Assembly (NCBI RefSeq): GCF_026571515.1
Contig: NW_026865674.1
Location: 1-64,000 of the forward strand
DNA from: Ruditapes philippinarum
Taxonomy: Eukaryota
DNA length: 64,000 nucleotides
Direction: 5' to 3'
A program made the translations under genes and the position numbers. Positions within the stretch are counted from its first letter, which is position 1. Each line of letters opens with the position of its first letter. Positions 49,538 to 64,000 of the stretch are shown piece after piece. The notes under the pieces are model-generated. The model saw nothing but the letters and a program-made list of their open reading frames with translations. It had not been told where the DNA came from and did no database searches.

Positions 49538-51982
49538 GTTTAATCTTTATACCTTTCCTAAAAGCTTAGTACATTTTTCTCAGGTTTGGTTTTATCGAAA
49601 TATTTTTGCTCATCTTGAGGCGTGCAGCTTTAAAGGATTGTACTATATTCCTAAACAATAGTGCGATATAATTATGAGCATGTTTGTTTACAGGTGAACG
49701 TATTTTGCCAATACATTCATGTCTGTTGTTGTAGATTATGCTTTATTTCTTTAATTTTCTTTTAACAAAAATACTGGTTTAACGTTGTAATACATGTATG
49801 TATTGTAATAAGCATTTGTCATATTGGCTGTTCTAATAAGACACGAGAATAAAGTTCAATTTCAGATTGTATTAGAAGACGTTTAATGTTCCAATTCTCT
49901 TGAGGGTTGAACATGATGTTACCTAAATTGGATACTAAACGATTGATCTTAATACACATAAACGGGATCGAGTGTAACTAAAACTTGTTTTAGTATTTGG
50001 ACAAAAACAGTGTTGATTATAATCGGTTCATAATACACAAACGTATGAATTTGTCACACAAAACACGAGGGAACTTAATATGTTTTAGGTAGCAAATACA
50101 AGAAACTTGTTTCAGAATTATTGCAAAGTTAGAGTACATTATACTTGTGCAATAGGTGCTTTGTTTTATAAACGTGTGAATACGTGTCACGTGACATATT
50201 AGTTCCCCTCTTACATTGCTAGAATAAGTTAACTAAGATAGTTATATAACATAAATTGCTTAGATTCAATCAAATACCATTTTACCTGATCAACAATTTA
50301 TTCATTATTTATAGAGGGACGTCCAATGTTACATAATAATGAACTGTCAACTTACAAATGAGGTCGTACACTTAAAATTACATGGTGACATTCTAACATA
50401 TTCTGTTCTCAGAGAAAGCAAAAGGGTAATGAATAAAACATTATTAACGCTTCGTGATATTAATGTCGTATTGTACTTGTTTTAATTTATAGTAAATGGC
50501 TTGTCTCTAGGTTCTGACAACAAAAAACTACTTGCAATTCAACAACAATTTTCCCGTTCAAGTTATCCGGAGTATTCGGAGGACAAAAGCAATAATTAAA
50601 TTCAAGTAGGATTAGTGCCTATTTTCTAATATTTTATATTGCAAGTACATACTTTATTGTGAATACGGAAGGAATGATCAAATTAATTAAATGATAATAC
50701 CCAGTGTGACTTGATTTGATTTAATGTAAACATTAATCGCAATTTTTCATATCACGTTGTGACATTACATCTTTACATTTTTTGGTTACGTTTAACGTCG
50801 CAAAAACACTATGATGGTCCTATAACCAATTTACTGCTTTGATGAAGGGTGGAAGATCTCAGGTGCCCCTGATTTTAATCCCCGACGTTCTGTAAGCTAG
50901 TCATTTAATTATACAGTTATAAAGCGTTTGTGGAAGAGATACCAATTTTAATTTGTGCATAATAGATCACTTGTTATATTATTTATCAAATAAAATTTTG
51001 GTTTTGACTTGTTCTTCTGTAATAGAAAAATGGTTATACTGTAAAAAATGGTTATGCTGAGGTTTAATCTATGTTTAAAGGTAATTTTAAGAAGTACGAA
51101 ACAGTATTTGGCTTTTGCAGCTCTGCTAATGGTTAAAGGACATACTCATATGATATGCAGAATAAACAGGGTAATTTAATATAAGATTGTATTTGACTTT
51201 CTTCATCTCCTGTTACAATGGGTATGTAATATAAAAGATTAAGGTACAAAGACGTATTCTAGAAACAATTAAGTGTAATTTATTCTAATATTTCCATTTC
51301 AGGAAATAAATTATTAACGTCATTATAATGTTTTTTTCAGTTTTATAAAATGTTCATAATGACAGAAAAGCCTCTTGTGTTCTTTTTAATTCGGACGGAC
51401 AATAGTAATTATTTTCTAATGGAAATTGGCTGGAAGCCTTATTCTCTAGATGTTTTAAGTACAAAATTTGAAAGCCTAAATGATCATCTCATCTCCTCAA
51501 TTGCACTGACTTTTCCTCACAAAAGAAGTAGAAAGCAACCGTTGACAATCAGCGGTATTTTGAAGACTTCCTTTTCCAACGGAACAATTGATTCATTTTA
51601 GTTGTTGTTGCTAGAAATAAAGAAATAACTTTTTATAATTATCACAAATGAATCAATAAAACCTAGAAACAATTCGTGATGAGATAGTCATAATAATATA
51701 AAACAAAATGTAACATATTAACAAATATTTCAAAAGGAAATTCAACAAAACCCGCAGTAATAAATGATTTCGTGTTCCCTCATTGTTTTATTATGTAATC
51801 GTGTTTATTGAAATTAAACATGAATATATTATATATATTCTGGAATCAATCAATTAATACAATAAAACGTGGCGGCTTTGTATTTCCTTCAGAGAAAACA
51901 ATGGTCATGAAAAAATACATTTAAATAGATAAACAATTACACTTACGAATGTACATTTAGTATGCTTTTTTCCAGATTATTT

Positions 51983-52148
51983 CCTCTTTGGCGAGGGTTC
52001 GATCCCCGGGAGATGCTTTGGTAGTTTAGCACGGAGAAAGGTAGTCTAGTACTCTGGTGTAACTCTCCAGGTACGATGGTTAGGAAACTACTCGCCTATA
52101 TAACTGAAATACTGTTGGGAAAGGCGTAAAATGAAACAAACAAAAACA
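51983..52148 (+). mobile_element. 5'-truncated SINE family 1
   Basis: From the B box through the (AAAC)n tail. Confidence 0.9.
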
Positions 52149-55100
52149 ATATTATATATTTTCACAAATGCAGGTGTTATTAATTTATTGTGGTCTGGCA
52201 TTTCTAGAAACTTTCCACATTCTTCATTTCTGTCATATTTTAATAGGTCCTTCGGGTTGATTGAGTTGAATATGCTTACTGTTGAAGATTGAATACTGCT
52301 CTAGTCGGTGCGTGGGGTGTTTGGGTTGCACTTTTCCTCCTACCATGTTTTATCTCTCAATAGAAGACTCAATCACTAGACTGATATTGTTCTCACTTTC
52401 ACTTTTTTTTGGTCTAGAAAAACTCCTTTTTCAAGCATTTTGCGTCTCGAAATCCACTATATACAATTCAGTTTTCACTGTGTTTATGTTTTATTAATTG
52501 TACTGTTACAAAAAACATCAAAACATTCTTAGTTTTAATCAAGCCTCTAAATGAGAATATGGAATTTATTTAGCTTTATTGACACACAAGTCAACAACAA
52601 AATTTTAATACAATTTTTGGAATTGGCTTTATTACAATTTCTTCTCTTTATGACGCACTGATTAATAGCTAATAGATGATTAAAAATTAATTATTAAATG
52701 CTTATTATATCATATTCTTTCCTTCATGACGTACTGATTAATTACAACAGTTATTGAAAGACATTTACGTTCTAGACATCTTGATTCATTGGTGAAACAA
52801 GTCAAGGTGAAAATCCTTATTCATTCGACCTGTCGATGTTGCTTGCGTGCTTGTTATATGGCTGATGTATCTGTTAACATGAACATGTTAATCAACTTAA
52901 TCAACTATTATCATGTCAATTTTAGAATGTCAAACATCGAGATAATTATGTTTTAAAATTTGTCATATTTTGTAGCAAAACATGCTCAGAATGCTATCTA
53001 AATAAAGTTATCACCATACAAGATTTTCTGAGAAGAGATTCATTCTGTTAAGAGGACGCTCTAAATAATATTGAATCTAAATTCAAATGGCCAAAATAAA
53101 GATTATTATCTGTGATTAATGACTTTCATTCAAAGTAACACTTTGTTTGCGATAAAATAAGCATTTCATCTACGTATTGTAAATTCTGATAATTATTATA
53201 TAAATTGATCAAAAGGCAACTATATCAGTTGTATTCGATTCGGATTCTTGTAGATACATGTATTTTGTACCTGCAAAAATATTTTTGTACGAAGGATAAA
53301 ATAAGTGCATTTCATACAAGACATTCTTTATTCAGTAGGCAATAGTTATATAATTGATTGCATGGCTATATCTATCAATAGACTGAGGTTTAATTAATAA
53401 AATAATTTTATGACAGAACAGAACATACGTTTTATTTAGACTTGTACATAGTACATCGTCATGCAAATAGATAAATAAAACAATTTTCAGTTATCACGTC
53501 ACGTGATCATGGTAACGCAAAGAACAATATGACACTTAGAATATATAATAGAACAGTGTACATTGTTTACAAAAATAATGTTATGAGTAATAAGTAAATA
53601 TTATATATGGAATTGAATAAAATGAACAAAAACAAATAATGCATCAAGTTATTAAAAATTGATTGTTAGCAGTATTTCTTGAGTACACTTGTTTGAAACT
53701 TTAAGTCTGTTCCAAGACTTTCACTGTTTTATCTAAAACGTTTAGAGTTTAAAAAAGATAAACAAGGAAGGGTGGCATTCAATGTACGCATGTACACAAC
53801 CAAGCAGAAATTAACCACAAAGCTAAGCAGGACATCAAATAGGACAGTGCACACGGGCTAATCACGGACGGGATGTCAAAATAAATAATTCAAAATGAGA
53901 AATTAGAGAATTTTTACATTATTTATTACGCTTTCAAGCAACGTTTCTTCAAATGAATATTGCATTGGACTAAATAGATAAGCTTTTCATTTCGATTTCA
54001 TGGGTTATTAGCAAATTAAAAAAAATAAATAAAAAGTGTTCGTGCATTGATAAATAAATTGTACAAAACATCTGAGAAACTTAAAAGTATGAAAAATGAG
54101 AATATGCGTTATACTGAGTTTTATTTGAATGAATATCATTATGTACATGTTTGTATTTTGATTCATCGGTATGCCTGTGAATGGAAGACAATAACCATCT
54201 TTCTTAATAAGATAACATCATGTTTAAACCCCACGGGGATACATTGAAGTAATGGGATTTTCCTAAGGACTGTAATAGCAAACGTTAATGGAATGACATA
54301 AAATAAACGCCAATGAGACGTGAACGAACGTAATGCCCACACCCACTTATTTAAGTAACATATGGCACGCAGAGATTTACCGACAGAAAAGATTCACGAA
54401 AGTCAACAGTATCATAGAACAAACTACAAATTAGTTCGAATCAATTAGACAGGAATCAATTAGGTTCAAATTCATCTATGAAGTAAGCATATTCTACAGT
54501 CAAGGAAATATCAATCGTACATAATAATCTCTTTTTATATTACATAATGACTTTTTCAGACAATAATGTACAATAAACGTTTTATCTTGTGAAAGTGCTT
54601 TTCGCTTACGAGAATATAAATTGAAACAAGCGCTTGCAAAAGTTGACTTACTTATTTCGATAATTATTCAATTAGTTTATTAAACAATTTATCAATCGTA
54701 TTCAAGTTTATTGCAATTTATCTTTTAAATTAATATGTTTTGATAGAACGATTGTCTTTTATGTTTTTTTGCAATTCATTTGTTCTTAAGGAACATCAAT
54801 ATTAACTAGACAAGGAATGACGCACATTTGATATCTTCAGGTTAGTCTTCACTCGGAACTGTATGTTTTATTCTTGTTGAAAAACGTTTGTTTGGCTTAT
54901 GTTGAATAATTTATACTAACGCCCCAATCCATGCCTTTTACTGTTTTGTCTTGTATTGCTGGGTTTTGTTTGGGGATGCGTTCATTGGATGTCATCCTTC
55001 CTTGTTGGGCTTTGTTTTCATATGTTTAGCAGTTGTAACTGCTGATTTTCTCAAAGGTATGACTATAGGTTCATTGCCCGACAGAATTTGAAGTCAACAC

Positions 55101-57599
55101 ACTTTACAACTCAGGCACAGACGCTAGCAATATTTTTCAATCATGAACGAGAGAAGCATTTCCTTAAACTAGACAAATATTCTTAATGAATTTTTCTAAA
55201 AACATTTTCATGAACAATTTATTATTAAAAAAGAAACTTCTTTGTCATGCCCCTTTTTGGTAAGTTTTGAATAACATAATGCAGAGAAAATGTCTAAATG
55301 TCTATGCGCCATGCAGAATGTATTTAAGAACACTTTTATAGTTAAGAATTTGTTAAAAAGTGAATAGTTTTAAATGTTTGATACCACTTATTAGGAAATA
55401 TTAACCAATACTACGCCTTTTTCGTGTCAGGTCCAAAATATTTTCATCCACCATGTGATTTTAATAATAACAAAAATGTTCACCATTATAAGGTGACGTG
55501 CAATGCGCAGCATCCAGACCCCTACCAACAATATAAAAGGTCAACAGTGTCTGGTTGAGGGTATATTTTGTGTCAGGTATTATATTTCATCAATCTAAGA
55601 ATTTTGTAATTATTTGGTAATTACCGTGAAAGAAATTTAGCATGACATTTTGCATATTTATCTTATATAAGATGTCGTTCAACTTTTCAATATCCCATAA
55701 ATGTTAACATTCTTGACATGACCTGGAAGTAATGTCTGATAAGAAGACTTACGGTAAATTCAACGTTTTTATAAGAATGTGAGCCTGATTACAGACAGCT
55801 TATCATAACCATTAAATACGATTCAGTTTATGTCATTGACCGTGTTGTTATGTGTGCTGAAATGCATTTGAATTTGATAACAACAATATTTAAATTATAT
55901 TTCAAGATGAAAACTTTGGAAAAGTGGTGATCACAAGAGAACAATGAAAATCAAAGCACATAGTTCACAAGTGTAGATTCCGTTGTGTTTTTCGACTTTA
56001 TATGTGAAATAATAAAATTAAATCCTCAACTCAAATAATTGGAATCGATGACCCCATAGGAGTAATTTCATTACTTCCGAAGAAACATCCATTTTTCAAC
56101 ATATTTTAAAAAAAGAATTCCACTAACTGAGAATTCTATATATCGGATTTACAACAAACATAAAAAATCAAAGTAACATAAAAGACATTAATTTATTATA
56201 TTTTGATTTGAACTGTTAAACAAATGGTAGTTTTATCTGTATATTTTCCGAAATTAATTATAGTCTTTAAGACTACGGATTTAACCAAAAAGCGTTATAG
56301 CAATACAAATACCATTTCGTGAAAAAAGAGATCATTAAAAGAGATAACATTTAAATTAAAATTAAAATGCTTGGTCATTAAAATGAGGTCATTGATTCCA
56401 ATTATACCCATCAGAATTTTAATTGAATATGAGAAAAAACTTTCGATAAATAAATAGAACCCTTAAAAAGGTAATGATTTAAAATTAATGCAAACACGTG
56501 TTTTTTTAATTTAAGAATAGTTTAAGATGTACAGAGGTACATCGACACGTCAGTTCTAGTATAAGAAATGTATTCACAAAAATGAAATATCTAACGAGCT
56601 GTCAAGACTAGGGACATATCATGATTACCTTTCTGTTGTTTGCTTCAAAAATCATATTTTGCTATATTATGTTTTTAACTGAATATATATATATATATCC
56701 ATAGGATATTCTTAGTGGTACTTGGCAAATGAAGTAATATCTCTGCTCATTTTAAGGGAATTCAATCTGATCAACAATTTCAAGAAATGTCCTTAAGAAA
56801 TCATTCTCGCCCTACTAATTTATAGATGAAATGAATTTAGAACAAAAACAGAAGTGTTAAAATGCCTACGGGGTTTAAGCCTAGCATACTTAATATTGAC
56901 AGTAAAATATTCAATTAATATTTATTCCGTTAGAAAATGTTACAGGAAATGCAAGATTGAAAATTCACTATTACCTCGTTGTAAATATGACGTTAAATTT
57001 AAGCACAGTGTCATTCACTTAATTTTAATCAGAAAGGTGCATTTATTTAAATTAAAATAAGAAAATCTTATTATTTTTTTCCTGACATTGATAAATAGTT
57101 ATCACTTTTTATCGAACAATATTAAATGCAATCTTGAATAGCAACCGTTTAATGATTTACATGGAAATGTCTGGTGTTCGTATATTGAAGTTATGTTTTT
57201 TCTTTTCAAATGCAATATCCTGGATGAGTAACTGCGTATTTGTATTGTAACAAATATATATAATAATTTGTTAAAAAACAACATCATTTTAAATGGGTCA
57301 TAACATTAAAGAATAACTGCAATACTCATTTTAAAAATAGCTATATAGATATCATACTATAAATTATTTTGAACTTGTGGTAATTTGTTATAAATTTTAT
57401 CATCGGTAACAATACGTTACGTGTATTAATGAAATATTTTATTCTTAAATCACTTATGTTTTATAAAAAATTTTTTCCCCCACTTTAAAAAAGGGCAAAA
57501 ATTAAAAAAGACATTTGGTCATTAGTCATTTTAAATCCTTTTAAAGGTTTCCCAAGCTTAATAGTAAATTTTTTTTAAAAAATATATGGGGAAATAAAA

Positions 57600-60500
57600 A
57601 AACATTTTATTTCCATAAGTAAAAAATTTTCAATTATTTGTCAATACAAGCACATAATTTTTTTTTTGTCAAAATTTTCAAAAATTTGGGGCCCAAAAAG
57701 ATTAAAATAAGGAAAGGGGAGTATGGGTTCAACAGTTCTTTTAAATAAATTTTTGTTATTTAAACATGCTGGAATTAAAAAGTTTTAATAAATAATAAAT
57801 GTGCCCTGAAACCATATTGTTTTTTTTACGCAATGAAAAATTTTGATTAAATTTAAACTAAAATTTTAAAAATGAGTTTTTAAAAAATCTGCCAAATGAG
57901 TATTCCCTGGTTACTGATATCATTATTAATATGTCTGTACAAAACGGTAGACAAATTGTTGTGATAAATACGTGTTTAAATTTCCCTTATTGCCTATTAA
58001 CTTGATATCCTTTGCAAATAAAGATGTCTTATAACACAGACCATCAATGTTATGCCAAGAGCTAAACAATATTTATTTTTTCTGATGATAAATAGTGTCT
58101 GTGTGGATGGATCCTTTTCACGGGCTGTATGCTGTAACAGCGCCCTTACATTTTTACTAATTATTTTAGGATAAAAACATTCTCAGGAGTCAGGAGACAA
58201 ATGCATAATTTTGTTACATAGATCTTGTTATTAAAATAATTAAAAGTAAATTCTGATAATTTACTAAGAATTTCAACACTTTGAACCATTTCGTTAAACC
58301 TATTTTTTTTCTTTACATGTAGCACTTTGGCAGCTCTGTCGTAAATAAGTTTCTATTATAATAAAAAAATTGAAACGAGTACATAATCAACGAAAACTGC
58401 ATTATATTCCACAATGACTACTCTATAGTGTATACTAAAGAGCAAAGTAATTCGAAGGAATGACATTAAAATAATGTCGGAAAGTTTTATTTCAAATGAT
58501 CTTGTATGTTCTTTATTTTATTTTGAACATTTATTAGCTATTCATAAAATTATCATGAATCTAAAGGTACATGTATTCTGATTATGCAGTCAAATAAACG
58601 ATTATGTATATACTAAGTACATTCATAACTAAACATTTACAGTGATATTATATTCATTTCATTAAAATAACATTTCCTGATACCACAGTGAACTGACTTG
58701 AGGTATGTTTCTTTAACCTCATCACCTTTTTCTCTTCATAAGATCGTTGTTTGTCATGATTTGCCCAAAGAAATTTTACCGAATTGAAGACATGGACACA
58801 CCAGAAAATATTGAGGTTAAAATAGCATCTTTTCATTTTACAATTTAGATATAGTTAGTTGTTAGTCATCTCTGAAAAATGAATTTAATTTTTTTAATAT
58901 CTAGTCTTTCATTTTAGACACTTTATTTAATGTTAAATTTTCTGTACAAATTTATATTAAAGATAAGAAGATTTGAGATGGTTTATAATATTATTTATTC
59001 CAGGATGCAAAAGTACATCGTGACTTTTAAGAAAATTAAATCAGAGAGATATACAAGCTCAAGTGTTAATACAAATTGCATGGTAAACTGTTATGCTTCA
59101 TTACATAAGAAATTCTCTCTAGATTTAAATCGCCCAATTTAACAGTTCAGTGGCAATTTTAACCATATTTTCAAGAAGCTTCTCAAGCGGAAGTGAGTAC
59201 TTTATGGATATAGATCTTTATGACGTCTGTTCTATTCTATTAACAGTGTGAGAGACTTTAACACACCAAATATATTTTTGTGAAATAAAAAGTTTTCGTC
59301 ATTTTAGTTCTAATTCATAAAATCATTGATACGATTATCTGTCACAAAACGAACAGAATTCCCAATTATACTTGCCAGTATCAAATTCCCCATCTGTATG
59401 ACAGCTTGAATTGAGATTTTTCTAGAACAACAGATATGTAATGAATAGTCGTCTATGGTCAAGACAGCTGTCCTAATAACCTTTCTTATGTAATCAGCCT
59501 TATAAATTGGGCTCTATCGAGAAAATTGTGGTATGGTTTTATACTAGAGCAGATTGCAATCATACTTGTACTTTTATTCTTGCGACAACCAAACTAATAA
59601 TTCTAATAATCAAAACAAATTTTCCTCTTTTGATGGAACTGTTTACTCCAATATTTTAATTTCAAGTATGTTCTGGTAAACATATTCTAACGTATTTTTA
59701 GTATAGTAAAAACTGGGTTTGTATATTAAGCTAAGGGAATAAGTGGCTGGTTTTATGTCGTGGACTTCAAACTACTTACCCCTCACCGCTGTAGGTTCAA
59801 ATCCTGCCAGAGACGTTGGACGTTGGATTCTGTTATCTGTTGAGGCTTACAAGCTAGCTTACGGAACGTTGGTTGTTGACTGTTGCCCGCTCGTGAATTT
59901 AAGCACGGAGGGGCACATAAGGCCTTCCTTCATTAATACAACTGGAAGTGCGTCATATGATCTGTATTGTGTTAATGCGACGTAAGTATATTTAGCTAGT
60001 TTCTAATAACAGCATTTTACTAGCATCAGATATAATCATGTTTATACCCCAAGAGAATACATTCAAAGTAATGAAATGTTTGATTCATCTCAAAGATAGT
60101 GAACGTGTTTCTCTCGATAAATAAGTATTGTCAGTAAACAAGTATAACTAATGTATTACTATTCATCACTGTACAAAATCCATCATTTTGCTGAAAGGCC
60201 TGTTGATGTTTCGTTCTTAACCTCTGACACTTTTTTATGGAATATAATCTCACTTTTTGTCAGGCTGTTTAGAGTGTGCAAGGAAAGTTAAAGTAAAAAT
60301 GAATATGTTGAAAATTGCTTAGTCATTGTTAGTATTAGTCTTAATGATAAATGACATGTGTACAAATTAATTAAGATTTAACAATTACATAAATACAAAC
60401 AAATATAGTTATAATATAACAATAACATCAATGAAATTAGAATACTATGGGCATTGTTGTTCCTGTCATATATGTTTGACTATCACGGATCTAATGATAA

Positions 60501-62380
60501 CCAAAATGTATTAAATATGTAGTATTGCTACACCTATAAAGGTTCATAAATCAAATGAGTTTTCGTGATGGTCACTCTTAACTTATTATCTTAACTGTTG
60601 TATTATATATGGACGCTATTCAGAAGTTCTAACAGTGATAAATATTACGTTGTATTAGATTAACTGAACATGAACATAACGACGTAATATTAAATTATTT
60701 AAAATAAATCTAGATATCCTTTTAAAACTTGAGCTACAAATCGCGTTAGCCTAAGTGTATAAAATCATCTCCTCTTCGAAAGTTGTAAAAGGACTAATCT
60801 ATTATGCTTGGAGTTACAAATCTAATTTTAAAGATTCATTCACTACGTGTGAAAAATGAAAATAGTTCAATTTGATTTAAGACTGTTAATACACTTATTA
60901 TGAGCATGCACAATTTGTCAAGATTTTCTGACAAAAGCTTTAATGTAATACAATAATTGCATAATCATTAACGACATGTGTCCCGAGAACATTGACTGAA
61001 TATACCAGGATATCAATCCATTTACTTATATAATATCAGTTGATTAATTACGTGCATTTGAAAATGAGTTGTCATTTGCTGTAATGAAGGTATAGGATTA
61101 TTTGAAGTGTTTCTTTATCTGGAGCTTTTTTTTTATTCATTTTTGAACTTCAAATTTCAGAATAAACTTTGGATTCTCTTTGTGTCCAGTTGTATTTGTA
61201 TATATGATTCATGCAAGAAGTACGTTTTTGACAGTTTAAATCTTAAAAAAATCCTTTATTTCACTCGTAGACCAAAAGCATAAATTCATGTCGGCGATAA
61301 ACAATCTTATAAAAAATCAAAGATGATAGTCGTACTTGTTTATATTTTTAAAAAGATTATATAGCAAATTTAAGTATTTTACATTACTTATCTTGTAGGG
61401 AGACATTCAAAAATTGCACAAATCAAAATAATTATATTTACAATGAATGGTTAAGAAGGGATTTTTTGTACACAGCAGGTCTTTAGACATACTTTACAGA
61501 GATTTAAGTGAGAAAGTAGATCATTACATTATCATCATGCATTTACAAAAAACTTCAAACACAGCCTACACAAATTTTAAAACTGTTTTAGTTACATGTA
61601 ATGGAAGTACATAATTATATAACGTATAAAAAGTGAGATGCCGTTTTTTCACTGCTCAAGGTATAGTTATATTTTTTTCAGCATAGAGCATGTTACATAT
61701 GCAAAATATAAATGTTGTTAATATAAATTAAGAGTGCTACTTAAGTAGTTATTAACTAAATGATCAAATTAAAAATCCCATTCGAAAAATTGTGGACTAT
61801 TCTAATTATCAACGTGTTTCTAATCATTTAAGGCATAGTTAAAAAACAACTGACGAAAGCAGAGTCTGAAGTTAACCACTTCGACATTAACTTGTTTTGA
61901 GATTCCAGCTTTAACTAACCCGTTCTATTGTAATGATTAACCGCAGTATACGTATGAATTTACGAAGTGCACTCTCTTAAATAGAACGTTAGACATGGAA
62001 ACTAACGTACCATAAAAAGCAGCCGAGACATTTAATGTATGTGTTGTTTTAAAAAATCATGAACCTATCACTATGTTCCGCATATCGTGAAATCAGTTAA
62101 TTCTGGTCAATGAGTTATACATCGTTTGAAATCAACATTCCTCAAAATCGTCCTAAATAATGGGTTTAACGTTCCAAATTGTGATCAGTTATTAAACATC
62201 TATTTAACCATTCATCGTATAGTATTTCTATTAAATAAAAGGTATAATACTGGATGATAAGATCACATTACATTTGCGCAATTGCAAAACAAATATAAAT
62301 GTAAATTATTCATTGTTAGTGTGTTATTTAGCTTCTGGACAGTAACAATCTTTGTTTCCCATGATTAAACAAGACAAACT
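57600..62380 (-). repeat. Segmental duplication block C' (inverted)
   Basis: 57600-57780 = reverse complement of ~42815-42965; 57800-62380 = reverse complement of ~35900-40600. Confidence 0.9.
59742..59985 (+). mobile_element. Old tRNA-derived SINE (family 3; Deu/Nin-core-like, tentative)
   Basis: B box GGTTCAAATCC, core GCTTACGGAACGTTGG..TGCCCGCTCGTG..GCACGGAGGGGCAC, tail ATATGATC..GTGTT..GCGACGTAA; the paralog at ~38785-38857 retains only the 3' part. Confidence 0.75.
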
Positions 62381-64000
62381 ACATATTTCTGTTTTATTTG
62401 ATCTATTTTGAATGCTGTTCAAAGTGTTCAAAGTGAGAATTTAAGTTATTTATATATTGCTTACAACACAAAATGGTATTGCGTAGATATCATTATATCT
62501 CAGACGTCAGACAACATTTATGGCTATCGTTTTTAAATGTGTGCTGTAAAAGATAATCCATGCTATTTAAGAGATCGAAAGAAAAGAGCAGAGCAAAATT
62601 TCTATTATGTCTTATTTCTGTTGTGTTTTCAGAAAGATGTTTCAAAGCAATTTTATCAATTTTAGTCCAAAGTACGAATGCATATCATTCATCATAAAAA
62701 CAACATACTAGATCCTGAGAAAAAATGTGAAATAAAGAGGTCACTATACATAGTTGAAAGCAATACTTATTCTATTGATGGATCCCTATTCTGACATTTT
62801 CTATTCCGATTTTCTGCAATTACTGTTGTCACATGGCCATCTAACTTTTTACGAATACTTTACCATTATTTTGCATGGCTTAATAAAACTAAGCCTACAA
62901 ACATTTCATAATTTTGCTGTTTTATTGTGTTCTTTCGGGTTTCAGGTGTTCTCTATTTTAAGGCGAAGTAACTAATGTTTACTAAATTATTTTTTGATAG
63001 ATTTTTTTACTTGCTTTATATACCTTAGACTTAGATTTTTTTTTCTTGCTTTATATATCTTAGACTGGATCTTTCTAGATTGTTCAGTTAGTACATATAT
63101 ATATACCTACAGTTATTCTGCTACAGGAATCTTCTCATCACTATGTGAAACTAAATTATTATATTCTATGTGTTTGTATATAAATTGTTAATAAATAACC
63201 TTTGGTAAAAATGAAAGGTAGAAAATTAAAGCTATGCATATAGGTGCTCATGTCCATATTATAACAGAGAAAAAATAACATCCTGAAGTTATCAATTTTT
63301 AAACACTTGATAAACAGTTGTATAAGCAGTTAGTTATATAGTTAAGTCTAATGGAAGGTTAAAAGTATGACAGTATTTGTTAACTGTATTTTAAAAGAGA
63401 TCTATGCATTTAATGTTTAGACATTCTCACAACTCAATCTTTCTAATATGATACAGACTATTTGAGATTTTTTTTACTTTAATACTATACATTATAGTTT
63501 CCTTTCTACAAGATTATGAATTCCATCCAAGTACCAATGTTAAAGGATGTTATATCTACTTTTAATGGAAACTGAGACTCAAAATATTCAAGAAAAGTGG
63601 AGGATGGCCGGCTATCGGGCATTTTTCTTGGAGAGGTGAACGAAATCGTGATCGCTTTCTTTCTCTCTTAAATCTCCACAAATGAGACCTGATCATGGTC
63701 ACATGATTGCAGAAACCTAGAGCACTAGGGAGAATACTTTCAGGATGAATGACACTTGTTAAATTTTGTATTTAGCTAACGATGTGATGAAAGTCATTTA
63801 TTGTATTGTCACCGTGCGCCGGGGGTTCGTACCCCTTGTCATTTGAAAATGTCACATAATTGTTATTTGTAAACATATTTTATTTATTTTTTTGGACTGT
63901 ATATAGAGAACATGTTCCGATTTTTGTTTCTTGTAAAAATATGAACGTAAATTAAAAAACTGTGAACAGTAGAGCTGCAGTCGTATTACTTTTTTGAAAC

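Noticed and set aside
50505-52480. Exon-like or coding-like segments (50511-50605 +; 51340-51600 and 52150-52480 -)
   Set aside because: Several stops in the minus-strand segments, no recognisable domain and no consistent exon chain.

Overview
AT-rich eukaryotic DNA. The SINE, LINE and HINE types suggest a bivalve mollusc (inference). I found no intact host protein gene; almost all tracked ORFs are noise or transposon fragments. Bases 1-17.8 kb are nested, decayed transposons: a spliced PHD+FLYWCH (MULE-like) pseudogene whose intron holds a LINE fragment, a TA-TSD Tc1/mariner-type derivative and MITEs; two halves of I-group LINEs (ORF1 zinc knuckles+APE, and RT+RNase H); a Helentron-like HINE; and an intron-containing Kolobok-like insertion at TTAA. 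Much of 14.5-62.4 kb is a mosaic of five partial copies of one non-coding unit in mixed orientation, forming kb-scale inverted repeats. Best leads: (i) a ~75-nt hairpin-forming module conserved in four copies, plus a second conserved 65-nt hairpin (possible small-RNA locus); (ii) two unrelated DNA transposons that each carry a pair of inward-facing tRNA-like Pol III cassettes; (iii) an array of short structured GC-rich repeats at 12.2-13.1 kb. Alignments and folds were done by eye and duplication-block boundaries are approximate.
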